Below are positions 8,965 to 18,286 of a DNA stretch of 64,000 nt, one piece after another; position 1 is the first letter of the stretch, and each line of letters begins with the position of its first letter. A program made the translations under genes and the position numbers. The stretch comes from Candidatus Moraniibacteriota bacterium (GTDB lineage Bacteria; Patescibacteriota; Minisyncoccia; Moranbacterales; UBA1568): NCBI GenBank assembly GCA_017983435.1, contig JAGOBM010000002.1:33414-97413 (forward strand), given 5' to 3'. The notes under the pieces are model-generated. The model was not told the origin of the DNA, made no database searches, and worked only from the letters and a program-made list of their open reading frames with translations.

Positions 8965-9070
8965 GACTTTTACTCTCAGCGGATGAAGATTTAGGATGTT
9001 TGATTCACGATTGTAGAATGAATACCGTGGTCGTCTGAAAGACGACTATTCAAAAATCAAAAATCTATAA

Positions 9071-9784
9071 TCATATATGGGAGAAGCCTTTCTTCTCGAT
9101 AGCAGCCGCCAATGCTGGACCGCCGGTAGCGACCAGGCAGCCATCTTTGATAACGAGTATTTCATCCGGGCGCATGTATTTGAGCAGCTTGGCCGAGTGA
9201 GTGATGAAGACGAGTGTCGCTTCTTTGGAGAGTGTTTTGCGCAGGAAACCGGTGATAGTCTTCAGGGCATCGACATCGACACCAGTGTCAATCTCATCGA
9301 AGAGGACGAACCGTGGCTCAAGCAGGGCGATCTGGAGCGCCTCGAGCTTCTTCTTTTCTCCTCCGGAAAATCCGTCATTGAGCGAACGTGATAAGAGCTC
9401 GGATTTTATCTTGAGCGCTTCGGCGCCTTCACGGATCTTGGCGTGCAGGGCGAATGGGTCATAGCGTTTCTCGAGCGCGAGCCGGAGGAGGTCCCGGACA
9501 GAGACTCCTTCGAGCGCAAGCGGATTCTGAAACGTCATGCTGATACCGAGCGCTGCCCGCTTGTCCGGCGAGAGCGAACGGAGATTCTTCTGGCCGACGA
9601 GGATCTTGCTCCCGCGGGCGAGCTTGAAGTCCGGGTGGCCCATGATGACGCTCGCGAGCGTCGATTTGCCTGAGCCGTTAGGTCCGAGTATAGCGTAGGT
9701 TTTGCCTGACTTGAAAGCGAAGGAAATGTCGTGGAGTATCTTCTTGCCTTCGATAGATGCGGAGAGGTGTTCGATGGAGAGCAT
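9071..9784 (-). CDS. sufC: FeS assembly ATPase SufC
   Basis: MLSIEHLSASIEGKKILHDISFAFKSGKTYAILGPNGSGKSTL carries Walker A, and LSGGEKKK... carries the ABC signature. The start was set at the internal Met that matches the SufC N-terminus. Confidence 0.9.
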   Translation of the reverse strand: MLSIEHLSASIEGKKILHDISFAFKSGKTYAILGPNGSGKSTLASVIMGHPDFKLARGSKILVGQKNLRSLSPDKRAALGISMTFQNPLALEGVSVRDLLRLALEKRYDPFALHAKIREGAEALKIKSELLSRSLNDGFSGGEKKKLEALQIALLEPRFVLFDEIDTGVDVDALKTITGFLRKTLSKEATLVFITHSAKLLKYMRPDEILVIKDGCLVATGGPALAAAIEKKGFSHI

Positions 9785-9792
9785 AGGGTTGA

Positions 9793-10203
9793 TTACGAAT
9801 GAAGCGTATTGGTAGTTATCTGGTCGAGGGTCATAGCGGACAATGTCATCTCTATTTTCTGTTCGAGCTCTCGCCATACCTGGTTTGTCTGGCAGTGAGT
9901 GAGTTTCGGGTAGGGAGACGCATGGGTGAGTCGGGGCGGGGCGAAGCTCTTCCAGCCACCATCGAGTGTCGAGACGATATCCCAGACGGAGATGGCAGCG
10001 AGCGGTCGGGCTAGGGTGTAGCCGCCATGAGCGCCCTTCTCGGATGAGACGAGGCCCTCGCGCTTGAGGATCTGGAGTATCTTGTGGAGGTATTCCTCGG
10101 GCATATTCTCAGCCAGAGCCATGTCGTGTACGGAAAGCTCGCCCTCGGTCGCGAGTGCGGTGATGGCCCGGAGGCCGTAGTAGGCTTTCTTAGATATGCG
10201 CAT
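9793..10203 (-). CDS. Rrf2-family transcriptional regulator (IscR/SufR-like), first gene of the suf operon
   Basis: MRISKKAYYGLRAITALA...ALAENMPEEYLHKILQILKREGLV is an Rrf2 wHTH. Cys residues lie in the C-terminal half. Confidence 0.8.
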   Translation of the reverse strand: MRISKKAYYGLRAITALATEGELSVHDMALAENMPEEYLHKILQILKREGLVSSEKGAHGGYTLARPLAAISVWDIVSTLDGGWKSFAPPRLTHASPYPKLTHCQTNQVWRELEQKIEMTLSAMTLDQITTNTLHS

Positions 10204-10385
10204 ACTTTGCCTGATATATACCCTTTTTCTATATAGGACCTAATTAGTCCGAATTATAGCAAAATAGGGCCATTTGTCAATATAAGGGCATGAATGACGA
10301 ATATGCTGTAGCGAAGACATATGTATTTTGCTTTTTCGTGGTATTGTGTGAAACTTCAGAGGATGCTGGTGTTTGTAAGAGATAT

Positions 10386-11378
10386 ATGACTTCATATTCA
10401 GGATTTTGGGGAGAATTGAAAAAACCGTTCTTTGTGATGGCGCCGATGGCGGATGTCACTGATGCGGCTTTTCGGCGCATGTTTGCCAAGTACGGCAAGC
10501 CGGATGTGACGTGGACGGAATTCGTTTCGGCCGACGGACTCTGTCATCCGGAGGGGCGATTGGCGATGCTCGGGGATCTCGGATATACCGAGGCGGAACG
10601 TCCGATCGTCGCGCAGGTGTTTACTGCTCATCCGGACAAGATGCGAGAATCGGCCCGGATCATCCTCGGTCTCGGTTTCGATGGTATCGATATTAATATG
10701 GGGTGTCCGGATAAGAACGTGATGAAGCAGGGCGCCGGCGCCAAACTCATGCAGGATCCGGCTCTGGCTCGGTCTCTCGTCGCTGCGGCCAAGGAGGGAG
10801 TTGAGGGAAAAATCCCCGTCTCAGTGAAAACGAGGATCGGTTTCAATAAGGATGAGCTCGATGTGTGGCTCCCAGAACTGCTATCCGAGCGACCGGCAGC
10901 GATTACGGTGCATGCGAGGACCAAGAAAGAGATGTCGCTGGTTCCGGCCCGCTGGGAGTATGTGGCCCAAGCAGTCGAGCTCGCGCGCGGCACCGGCGTG
11001 CTCATCATCGGCAATGGCGATGTACGGAGTATGGAGGAAGCGCGACAGCGGGTTGCAGAGACGGGCTGTGATGGGGTAATGATCGGACGGGGACTCTTCG
11101 GGAATCCGTGGTTTTTTTCCGAGCAGGAAGTATCTCTTGATGAGCGTCTCCGGGCTCTTATCGAGCATACCGAACTGTATGAATCATTGTTCTCCGGTCA
11201 GAAGAGCTTCGAAATCATGAAGAAACATTACAAGGCCTATGCGCATGGATTCGACGGAGCGCACGGGCTGCGTGCGGCGCTGATGGAATGCCACGATGCG
11301 CCGTCGGTTCGAGAGCGGGTCGAGGATTTTCTCCTGCATCGGGCAGCTGCAGCGATTGACAAGCCGCCGCTCGACTGA
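10386..11378 (+). CDS. tRNA-dihydrouridine synthase (Dus family, FMN TIM barrel)
   Basis: FVMAPMADVTDAAFRRMF...INMGCPDKNVMKQGAGAKLM...VKTRIG match Dus. The start was chosen at the ATG at 10386. Confidence 0.85.
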   Translation: MTSYSGFWGELKKPFFVMAPMADVTDAAFRRMFAKYGKPDVTWTEFVSADGLCHPEGRLAMLGDLGYTEAERPIVAQVFTAHPDKMRESARIILGLGFDGIDINMGCPDKNVMKQGAGAKLMQDPALARSLVAAAKEGVEGKIPVSVKTRIGFNKDELDVWLPELLSERPAAITVHARTKKEMSLVPARWEYVAQAVELARGTGVLIIGNGDVRSMEEARQRVAETGCDGVMIGRGLFGNPWFFSEQEVSLDERLRALIEHTELYESLFSGQKSFEIMKKHYKAYAHGFDGAHGLRAALMECHDAPSVRERVEDFLLHRAAAAIDKPPLD

Positions 11379-11421
11379 TACGATGGCCGGTCTTGTTCTT
11401 TGGAGAAGAGAGGAGGGAAAT

Positions 11422-11886
11422 ATGGCTCGGATACGGACGACGACTTCTAGTCGGACACTCGGGAATATCGATACGCTTTTTCGGGAGACCAAAGTGATTC
11501 TCGTGGTCATACAGAAAAGGCGGTTTTTCATCGCTCATCGTTCGGGAGAATTGGTCCGGCAGCCCGAGTGGCTGGCCCTCCGGCACTTCACGGATGTGCT
11601 CCATGCGAGGAGACTCAATCGGAAGAAGCACGGTCAGGCCTATGCGGACTTCGTGTTCGGCTGTATCGACTGGGCATTGCAGCCGTTTCCGGATTGGAAA
11701 GGCGATATGCATTCTTTCGTACGGCACCTCGAGTACCTGCTGAACCGGAAATCTGATGGTGTCTACCGGTATCGGTCGGATCTCGAGATGTTTTTCATCC
11801 GATTGCGCAACAAGCTGCGCGAACGGCTGGCCAATGCGCGTAGACAGCAGCGGGCTGCGCGCCTGGAGGCGATACGGATCGCATAA
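11422..11886 (+). CDS. Hypothetical Arg-rich protein (154 aa)
   Basis: The ATG at 11422 is preceded by an AGGAGGG RBS. No family was recognised. Confidence 0.45.
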   Translation: MARIRTTTSSRTLGNIDTLFRETKVILVVIQKRRFFIAHRSGELVRQPEWLALRHFTDVLHARRLNRKKHGQAYADFVFGCIDWALQPFPDWKGDMHSFVRHLEYLLNRKSDGVYRYRSDLEMFFIRLRNKLRERLANARRQQRAARLEAIRIA

Positions 11887-11890
11887 CCGA

Positions 11891-11925
11891 AAAGGCATGG
11901 AAATTTCCATGCCTTTCTTTTTTTG
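11891..11925. terminator. Bidirectional rho-independent terminator
   Basis: AAAGGCATGGAAATTTCCATGCCTTT is a hairpin with flanking A and T tracts. It lies between convergent genes. Confidence 0.75.
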
Positions 11926-11946
11926 TATGACGGAGAGATTCTTCTG

Positions 11947-13143
11947 CTATTTGTAGCGGAGCGCTTCGAGAGCGTCGATACTGGAAGCTTTGCGGGCCGG
12001 GAAGACACCGGTCGAGAAACCGACGACGGCTCCGAAAAGAATGACGGTGGTGATGAACCAGAGCGGGCTGTAGAAGAGGTCAACAGACTCGCCGCCGAAT
12101 CGCTGAGCGATCAGATTGATCATGAGATTGAGTACTTCTCCTTCGAGCATACCGAGCACGACGCCGCCGAGCGCTCCGAGGAGTCCCATGAGCGTCGATT
12201 CAGTGAGAAACATGAGCGCGATGCTCCGCTTGGCGGCACCGATAGATTTCATGATGCCGATTTCTTCAGTACGCTCGAGCAGGGCGATGGTCATAGTGTT
12301 AAACATACCGATAGCCGAGACAATAAGGGCGATCAAGCCAAAGACCATGAGGACGATCTGAACCGCCCGGAAAACTTTGTTCGCCTGGTCGACGGTTTCG
12401 GAAATGGATGAGGCGATGAATCCCTTGCCTTCGATTTCTGCCCGGACGCTGTTGATAGTGTCGGTCGAGCTGCATTTCACTTTGAGCTTGGTATAGGACG
12501 CGAGCGGGAACTCGCCAAGCGAATCGAGCGAGAGGTAGACGAGGTTCTCCTCTCCTTCGACGACGCCGACGATGGTGTAGGTGTCGGGTAGTGCAAACGT
12601 ACTGCTCTTCTGAGATTTCCCGGAGGCATCGCTCTGAAATAGGGTGAGGGAGACGGTCTGGCCGAGCATATCTTCGGGGGCGGAATCGAAAACTTGAGCG
12701 ACCGCTTTGGTGATGACGATGGAACTCTTCTCATCTTTGGTGAAGAGCCGTCCGACATTGATCTTGAGGCCTTCGTTGCGGAGCAGGCCGGCGGTCGAGC
12801 TGACGGTGTTGATATCAAGCGTCACATTGCCGAATTTTCCTTGACCAGGGAGCTCAAGTACCGGAATGACATCGACGACGTTGGGGAGTGTGCGCATGGT
12901 CTCGATGGCGGCACTATCCAGGATAGTGGTGCCTTCGGCGCCTGAGGCGGTGACATCGAGGCTGACCAGGGAGTCCGAAGTTGTGATCTTCTGAAGCAGA
13001 GTGCGCTGGAGGCCGTAACCGAATGAGACGAGGAAGATGATAGCGGCGATACCGACGCTCATACCGAGAATGGTCAGGAAGGTTCGCATGGTGCGAGCCT
13101 TGAACATACGGAGCGACAGCCTGATGAGATCGAAAAGACGCAT
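11947..13143 (-). CDS. ABC transporter permease, FtsX/MacB-like (4 TM plus a large periplasmic domain)
   Basis: It has an N-terminal TM segment, a roughly 220-aa extracytoplasmic domain and a C-terminal FtsX domain (GIMKSIGAAKRSIALMFLTE). Confidence 0.85.
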   Translation of the reverse strand: MRLFDLIRLSLRMFKARTMRTFLTILGMSVGIAAIIFLVSFGYGLQRTLLQKITTSDSLVSLDVTASGAEGTTILDSAAIETMRTLPNVVDVIPVLELPGQGKFGNVTLDINTVSSTAGLLRNEGLKINVGRLFTKDEKSSIVITKAVAQVFDSAPEDMLGQTVSLTLFQSDASGKSQKSSTFALPDTYTIVGVVEGEENLVYLSLDSLGEFPLASYTKLKVKCSSTDTINSVRAEIEGKGFIASSISETVDQANKVFRAVQIVLMVFGLIALIVSAIGMFNTMTIALLERTEEIGIMKSIGAAKRSIALMFLTESTLMGLLGALGGVVLGMLEGEVLNLMINLIAQRFGGESVDLFYSPLWFITTVILFGAVVGFSTGVFPARKASSIDALEALRYK

Positions 13144-13147
13144 AAGT

Positions 13148-14455
13148 TTAGCTGAATTTGAGGAGCATGATTACTTCTACTTCGCGGGCGACCTTCTCGA
13201 CGGTGTTCTTGTGGAGACCGACACCATCTTGAGCGACCGGTGCATCGATGCGCTTGCGGAGTTCGATCTGACCAATGGTGCTTTCGAGACGCATCTTGAG
13301 GACGGTCTGGAGGCGGAGCAGTTTCTGCTGGTCGAGCTTGAGATGGAAATGCGTGATGAGGTACTCGGCCAGGAGTGTCGCGCTTTTGGCTGGGTCGTCT
13401 TTGAGCTTTTGGGCGATGGCAAGGATTTCCTGCACCCGGCCAGAGAAGGATTCGGCCCGGAGCCGGTTCCAGCCAGCGCCACCTTTCTCGAGGTCGAGGT
13501 CGAGCCGATCGGTAAAGGTCGGATTGTCGATATTCTTGAAGAGGAGCTCTTTGAGGAAAGCTTCCGCCATGCTGATCTGCTCTTCGTTGAGCTCGGAGAG
13601 GAGATGGGCGAGGAGCTGCTTGGCTTTGAATGGAACGAGCAAGACGTCAACCTGCTGCGGGAGAAGGCTGCGGAAGGAGGCCATGAGCATCTTGAGTTCC
13701 TTGTTCTCCTCGGGTTCTGGCTCGTCATCATCGCGCTTATGATGGACGATTGCCCGCTTTTCCCTATGGACTTCTTCTTTGATGATTCGACCGTCTTTCA
13801 TATGGAGCACACGGTCGGCGTACTGGAGGTGCTCCGGGTTGTGGGTCACCATGACGACCGTCTTCTGATCGACTTCGTTGAGTTCCTTCAGGATCTTGAG
13901 TACGTTCTCGGCGCTTTCGCTGTCGAGGTTACCGACCGGCTCATCAGCCAGGATGATGTCGGGATTGTTGACGAGTGAGCGGGCGATGGCGACGCGCTGC
14001 TTCTGTCCGCCGGAGAGTTGGCTTGGGAATTTGTCCGCCTGCTCGGCGATGCCGAAACGGCGGAGCAGCTGATAGCCGGCCTCGAGACGCTCCTTCGGAG
14101 GCTCACCGCGGAATACTTTCGGAAGGATGACGTTGTCGATGATATTGAGCGAGGGGATGAGGTAGAAAGCTTGGAAAATCATGCCGATGAAGGTCTGGTG
14201 CAGCTCCAGGTCTTCCTTTTCGGTCATCTGCGCGATGACCTTGTTCTTGACGGAGACACTGCCATACGTGGCAGACTGCAATCCGGAGAGTGAGTAGAGG
14301 AGGGTTGATTTGCCGCAGCCGGACGGCCCGAAAATGATCACATATTCGTGAGGATAGATAGACACGCTCGTCTCTTCGAGCGCGCGCATCTCGTTGGATT
14401 TTCCCTGGTTGTAGATAATCCGCAGCTTATCGACAACGATGATCGGCTCACTCAT
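13148..14455 (-). CDS. ABC transporter ATP-binding protein (MacB-type NBD) with a roughly 200-aa helical C-terminal extension of unknown function
   Basis: Walker A ([10 protein letters not shown]), the signature ([13 protein letters not shown]) and Walker B ([11 protein letters not shown]) are present. Residues about 235-435 are an acidic then helical extension with no recognised domain. Confidence 0.85.
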   Translation of the reverse strand: MSEPIIVVDKLRIIYNQGKSNEMRALEETSVSIYPHEYVIIFGPSGCGKSTLLYSLSGLQSATYGSVSVKNKVIAQMTEKEDLELHQTFIGMIFQAFYLIPSLNIIDNVILPKVFRGEPPKERLEAGYQLLRRFGIAEQADKFPSQLSGGQKQRVAIARSLVNNPDIILADEPVGNLDSESAENVLKILKELNEVDQKTVVMVTHNPEHLQYADRVLHMKDGRIIKEEVHREKRAIVHHKRDDDEPEPEENKELKMLMASFRSLLPQQVDVLLVPFKAKQLLAHLLSELNEEQISMAEAFLKELLFKNIDNPTFTDRLDLDLEKGGAGWNRLRAESFSGRVQEILAIAQKLKDDPAKSATLLAEYLITHFHLKLDQQKLLRLQTVLKMRLESTIGQIELRKRIDAPVAQDGVGLHKNTVEKVAREVEVIMLLKFS

Positions 14456-14704
14456 TTTGTTTCGTGGAAAAAAGAAGTCTTGCGTCCTTAGGATAGCATA
14501 GCGGCCGCCTTTTTTGAATTTTTATCGGCTGATTTTCCCGGTTGCTTCGGTGGCCGGCGGCGGGTATGATGAGGAGGCAGGAAAGCAGAGCAATATCTCT
14601 CTACCTTATGAAGCGTGCTATCTACGTTCTCCTGGGTATTTCACAGCTCATCATCCTGACGCTGCTCTATCTTTGGTTCGCACAATCAGTATAAATCGCA
14701 GAGT

Positions 14705-15469
14705 ATGGAACATTTTTGGCAACGCATCAATCCCGTATTGACCCTGGTATTCCGAGGACACGATATCTGTGCGGACACGCTCGGCCGATGGTATGGGTCT
14801 GTCAAGTGGGGTATCCTGATCGCCGCTCATTTCACGCTGCTTATCTTGTTCGTACCGGAGCTCGCCGTCTTCCGGAAAGGAGCGGGCGAGCTCGCAGCCA
14901 ATCTCCTGATCGCGCTCCTGTTCCTGAGTCCGATCGCGACGATATTCCGGATGCGTCTCCTTTCGCTCGGCATGGGATTGCGGCGGGAAATCGGCATACT
15001 CATGGGCTACCTGGCCGTCGTGCATGGAGTCGGATATATGACCGATCCTCAATTCTTCACGTTGTTCATCGCGGAGCATCTCGGAGCGGGAATCGTATCG
15101 ATGGATACGAGTATCCTGGTCGGGATCATCGGTCTAATCCTGACGCTGCCGCTCCTCGTCACCTCCAACGCTTTCTCGATGCGGCGGCTCGGAGGGAAAA
15201 ATTGGAAAAGACTGCACCGTCTCGTCTATCCGGCCTTCCTTTTTATCGTCTTGCATCGGTTTTTCCAGGTCGGAGGATCCTGGCAGGAGGTCGGACCGTT
15301 CATTGAAGCGGGTGTGCTGATCGGTATTTACACACTTCTCAAATATCTTGCTTGGAAGCCGACGGCTTGGCCGTGGTTGCGCTGGATCGTCGGTCAGATA
15401 GGCGCGCGCTATGCTACGTATCGGCAGGCGAGAGGAGCTCATGCGATCAGTCATTCAGATCTAAAATAA
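14705..15469 (+). CDS. Ferric-reductase-like transmembrane protein (MsrQ/YedZ-like heme-binding membrane subunit)
   Basis: It has six predicted TM helices with His residues in TM helices (VVHGVGY; LHRLVYPAFLFIVLHRF). Confidence 0.55.
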   Translation: MEHFWQRINPVLTLVFRGHDICADTLGRWYGSVKWGILIAAHFTLLILFVPELAVFRKGAGELAANLLIALLFLSPIATIFRMRLLSLGMGLRREIGILMGYLAVVHGVGYMTDPQFFTLFIAEHLGAGIVSMDTSILVGIIGLILTLPLLVTSNAFSMRRLGGKNWKRLHRLVYPAFLFIVLHRFFQVGGSWQEVGPFIEAGVLIGIYTLLKYLAWKPTAWPWLRWIVGQIGARYATYRQARGAHAISHSDLK

Positions 15470-15474
15470 AGGGT

Positions 15475-16698
15475 ATGCATATTTTTTGGAAAGGCAGTCT
15501 CTTGTTTGCTCTGCTGCTGGCCGGTATCGGCGTGACCATCCCATCAGCTGAAGCGGCTGATCGGGTACTCATTGAGGTCTTCGAACGTCAGGATTGCGCG
15601 CACTGTCAGGCTGAACGGGTATTTCTCGATGAGCTCATGAAGAGCCAGCAGGACGTCGAGGTGAAGAGACTGGATATCGCGGATGCTGCTTCCAAAGCAC
15701 TCTTCACGCAGTTTACTGATGCTCAGGGACTTTCCAAAGCGACGCCGCTCACGGTGATCGGCACGGAGGCGATACAGGGGTTCGATACGGAGGAAACGAC
15801 TGGCGCACTCATCATTCAGGCGGTGGAGGCCGGACAGGGAGAAGAGCGGCTCGGTATCGCTGTGCTCCTCGAAAGGAATATCAAGACCGGTGTCCGAGAG
15901 GAAGGCGCGATCTGCGATGCGGAGACCGGTGTCTGCAAGAAACCGGCACCGGAATACCCGGTCCGTGTGCCGTTTATCGGGACTGTGAATGCCTATGCTT
16001 TCTCGCTCCCGGTACTCGCGAGTATCCTCGGTTTCATCGATGGATTCAATCCCTGCGCTATGTGGGTGCTCGTCACCTTCCTCCTCGTCTTGATGCAGAT
16101 AGAGTCGCGTGAGCGGATGCTCTCGGTGGCCGGACTCTTCATCGTCGCCGAGGCGGTCATGTACTATCTCATCCTCAATATCTGGTTTACGACGTGGGAT
16201 TTCGTCGGTCTCGATCAGATCGTGACGCCGATCATCGGTCTCTTGGCGATCGGCGGCGGCGGGTTCTTCCTCTATGAGTGGAAGACAGCCGACGGCGCCT
16301 GCAAAATCATCGATGCGGAGAAACGGGTCTCCATCATCGCGTCCGTCAAGAAGCTCGCTCATGAGCCGCTGACGTGGGTATCAGCCGCCGGTATCGTCGC
16401 GCTCGCGTTCTCAGTCAATGTCATCGAATTCGCCTGCTCCATCGGTATCCCGCAGGCCTTCACCAAGATCCTCGAGCTGAACCAGCTGCACTTTTTGCAG
16501 GAGCAGGGGTTGATGGCGCTCTACATCTTCTTTTACATGCTGGATGATTTCCTTGTCTTCGGCCTCGCGCTCTGGGGCGCGCAGCATCTCCATCTGACAC
16601 AGAAGTATTCCCGCTGGTCGACGTTCGTCGGCGGCATACTCATGCTTATCCTCGGGCTCATCCTCATCTTCTCGCCGGAAGCGTTGCGTTTCGTATAA
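15475..16698 (+). CDS. Signal peptide, then a thioredoxin/glutaredoxin-like domain (CAHC), then a CcdA/DsbD-family thiol:disulfide transmembrane electron-transfer domain
   Basis: A signal peptide MHIFWKGSLLFALLLAGIGVTIPSAEA is followed by ERQDCAHCQ. The TM domain has FNPCAMW in TM1 and FACSIGIP in a later TM, matching CcdA Cys motifs. Confidence 0.6.
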   Translation: MHIFWKGSLLFALLLAGIGVTIPSAEAADRVLIEVFERQDCAHCQAERVFLDELMKSQQDVEVKRLDIADAASKALFTQFTDAQGLSKATPLTVIGTEAIQGFDTEETTGALIIQAVEAGQGEERLGIAVLLERNIKTGVREEGAICDAETGVCKKPAPEYPVRVPFIGTVNAYAFSLPVLASILGFIDGFNPCAMWVLVTFLLVLMQIESRERMLSVAGLFIVAEAVMYYLILNIWFTTWDFVGLDQIVTPIIGLLAIGGGGFFLYEWKTADGACKIIDAEKRVSIIASVKKLAHEPLTWVSAAGIVALAFSVNVIEFACSIGIPQAFTKILELNQLHFLQEQGLMALYIFFYMLDDFLVFGLALWGAQHLHLTQKYSRWSTFVGGILMLILGLILIFSPEALRFV

Positions 16699-16842
16699 AT
16701 ATGAAGACGGATGTGTTGTGATGTTTGGTCATTGCGAGCGAAGCGTGGCAATCCAACGAAGACATCTTTATCGAGATTGCCACGTCGTGGACTTCTCGCA
16801 ATGACAGAGAAAAAAAATGGCTGATGTCTATAGCATGAGCGA

Positions 16843-16876
16843 ACAAAAATCCCCAGCGAAAGGCCGGGGATTTTGC
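16843..16876. terminator. Bidirectional rho-independent terminator (3-prime of rplT on the minus strand; also downstream of the Trx-CcdA gene)
   Basis: CAAAAATCCCCAGCGAAAGGCCGGGGATTTTGC has a GC stem flanked by A and T tracts. Confidence 0.6.
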
Positions 16877-16898
16877 TTGCTATTCATCGTGTGTCTGC

Positions 16899-17243
16899 TT
16901 ACTTCACGCTCTCGATGAATTTTTCGAAGGCAGCGGGCTGATCCACAGCCATCTGCGAAAGGACCTTGCGGTCAAGCTCGATATTCTTCTCTTTTTCAAG
17001 AGCGATGAAAGCGCGATAGGTGATACCGTAGTTGCGGAGTGCGTTGTTCAGACGGACGATCCACAGGGAGCGGAACGTGCGCTTCTTGGCGCGACGGTCG
17101 CGACGGGCGTACTTGCCGGCCTTGATGACGGCTTCCTTGGCTTTGGTGAAGAGCTTCTTACGTCCCCAACGGTAGCCCTTGGCTTTCTCGAGAATATTCT
17201 TGTGGCGCTTTTTAGTCATGACGCCACGCTTGACTCTGGTCAT
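16899..17243 (-). CDS. rplT: 50S ribosomal protein L20
   Basis: MTRVKRGVMTKKRHKNILEKAKGYRWGRKKLF... is the canonical L20. Confidence 0.95.
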   Translation of the reverse strand: MTRVKRGVMTKKRHKNILEKAKGYRWGRKKLFTKAKEAVIKAGKYARRDRRAKKRTFRSLWIVRLNNALRNYGITYRAFIALEKEKNIELDRKVLSQMAVDQPAAFEKFIESVK

Positions 17244-17340
17244 AGTGTTGGTGCTTACAGCGGATAATTATGATACTTCTTGGGAAACGACAGCCTATCA
17301 GGTCTTCCGGTGCGGAGTCAAATGACTCGGGCCTCGGGGA

Positions 17341-17541
17341 CTAGCGGGCGTAGGGAATAGCCCGGAGGATATTCTTCTCATCGGCCCGGACCGTGATAGT
17401 CGAATCGATGCGCTTGTTGCGGGTCGCGACGCCGTTGGCGCGGACATTGTAGTGGTTGTTGCCGGTTGCGCGGCGGGTGACTTTGCCAGTGCCGGTGACC
17501 TTCACTTTCTTGGCGACGGACTTCTTGGTCTTCTGCTTCAT
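17341..17541 (-). CDS. rpmI: 50S ribosomal protein L35
   Basis: MKQKTKKSVAKKVKVTGTGKVTRR... is 66 aa and matches L35. Confidence 0.9.
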   Translation of the reverse strand: MKQKTKKSVAKKVKVTGTGKVTRRATGNNHYNVRANGVATRNKRIDSTITVRADEKNILRAIPYAR

Positions 17542-17637
17542 AACTGTATTGCGAACTTACAACTTACAACTGATGACTAGTATGAATCAGAGTTGCGTTG
17601 TTGTATGTTGTTGGTCGTTAGTTATTAGTTGACTGGT

Positions 17638-18186
17638 TTAGGCTGGAACGATGACGGCGGAGAATCCTCTCGGCGCGCGCTTGATCTCTTCTTCGAATTT
17701 GTAGGGGATCGAGAGACTCTTGAGGAAGGTAGTCAGATTTTCTTTGGCTTTGTCGGCCATGGCTTTCTCGCGGCCGTGGAGGACGATCTCGACTCTCACT
17801 TTGTGTCCCTTCGTCATGAATTTCTCAGCCTGAGATTTCTTGAAGGAGAGATCGTGAGTGTCGGTGCGGAAACCGATGCGGATGCCTTTGATGTCGACTT
17901 TTTTCTGCTTCGCTTTGGCCTGCTGCTCTTTCTTGGCCTGCTGATAGACGAGCTTGCCATAGTCGGTGAGCTTGCAGACCGGAGGCTTGGCGAGCGGGGA
18001 GACCTCGACGAGGTCGGCTTCCCGGCTCTGAGCCAGCTCGATGGCGGCAGCGAGCGTCATGGTGCCGAAGTTCTCACCGCTCTCATCGATCACGATGACT
18101 TCCGGCGCCAAGATCTGCTCGTTGATACGCAGCGTATCCTTCGGTCGCATCTTCGGCTTGGGTCGATTGTGCCTTCTTCGTCTCAT
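17638..18186 (-). CDS. infC: Translation initiation factor IF-3
   Basis: RINEQILAPEVIVIDESGENFGTMTLAAAIELAQSREADLVEVS matches IF3 N- and C-terminal domains. The exact start is uncertain because IF3 often uses a non-ATG start. Confidence 0.9.
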   Translation of the reverse strand: MRRRRHNRPKPKMRPKDTLRINEQILAPEVIVIDESGENFGTMTLAAAIELAQSREADLVEVSPLAKPPVCKLTDYGKLVYQQAKKEQQAKAKQKKVDIKGIRIGFRTDTHDLSFKKSQAEKFMTKGHKVRVEIVLHGREKAMADKAKENLTTFLKSLSIPYKFEEEIKRAPRGFSAVIVPA

Positions 18187-18286
18187 TTTGAGCAGCTTAT
18201 AGTTTATAGAGTTTTAGCTTATAGACGTAGCAAGAGAAGTCTTTTTCTTCCCTATTGACTCTGTCTCTACAAGCTATCACCTGTTC

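Noticed and set aside
13037-13978. 313-aa plus-strand ORF
   Set aside because: It is antisense to the ABC ATPase gene, which has Walker and signature motifs.
14514-14741. 75-aa ORF in the divergent intergenic region between the ABC ATPase and the MsrQ-like gene
   Set aside because: It has no RBS or family, it overlaps the start of the MsrQ-like gene, and it is probably promoter DNA.
15544-16362. 272-aa minus-strand ORF
   Set aside because: It is antisense to the Trx-CcdA gene, with an acidic low-complexity translation.
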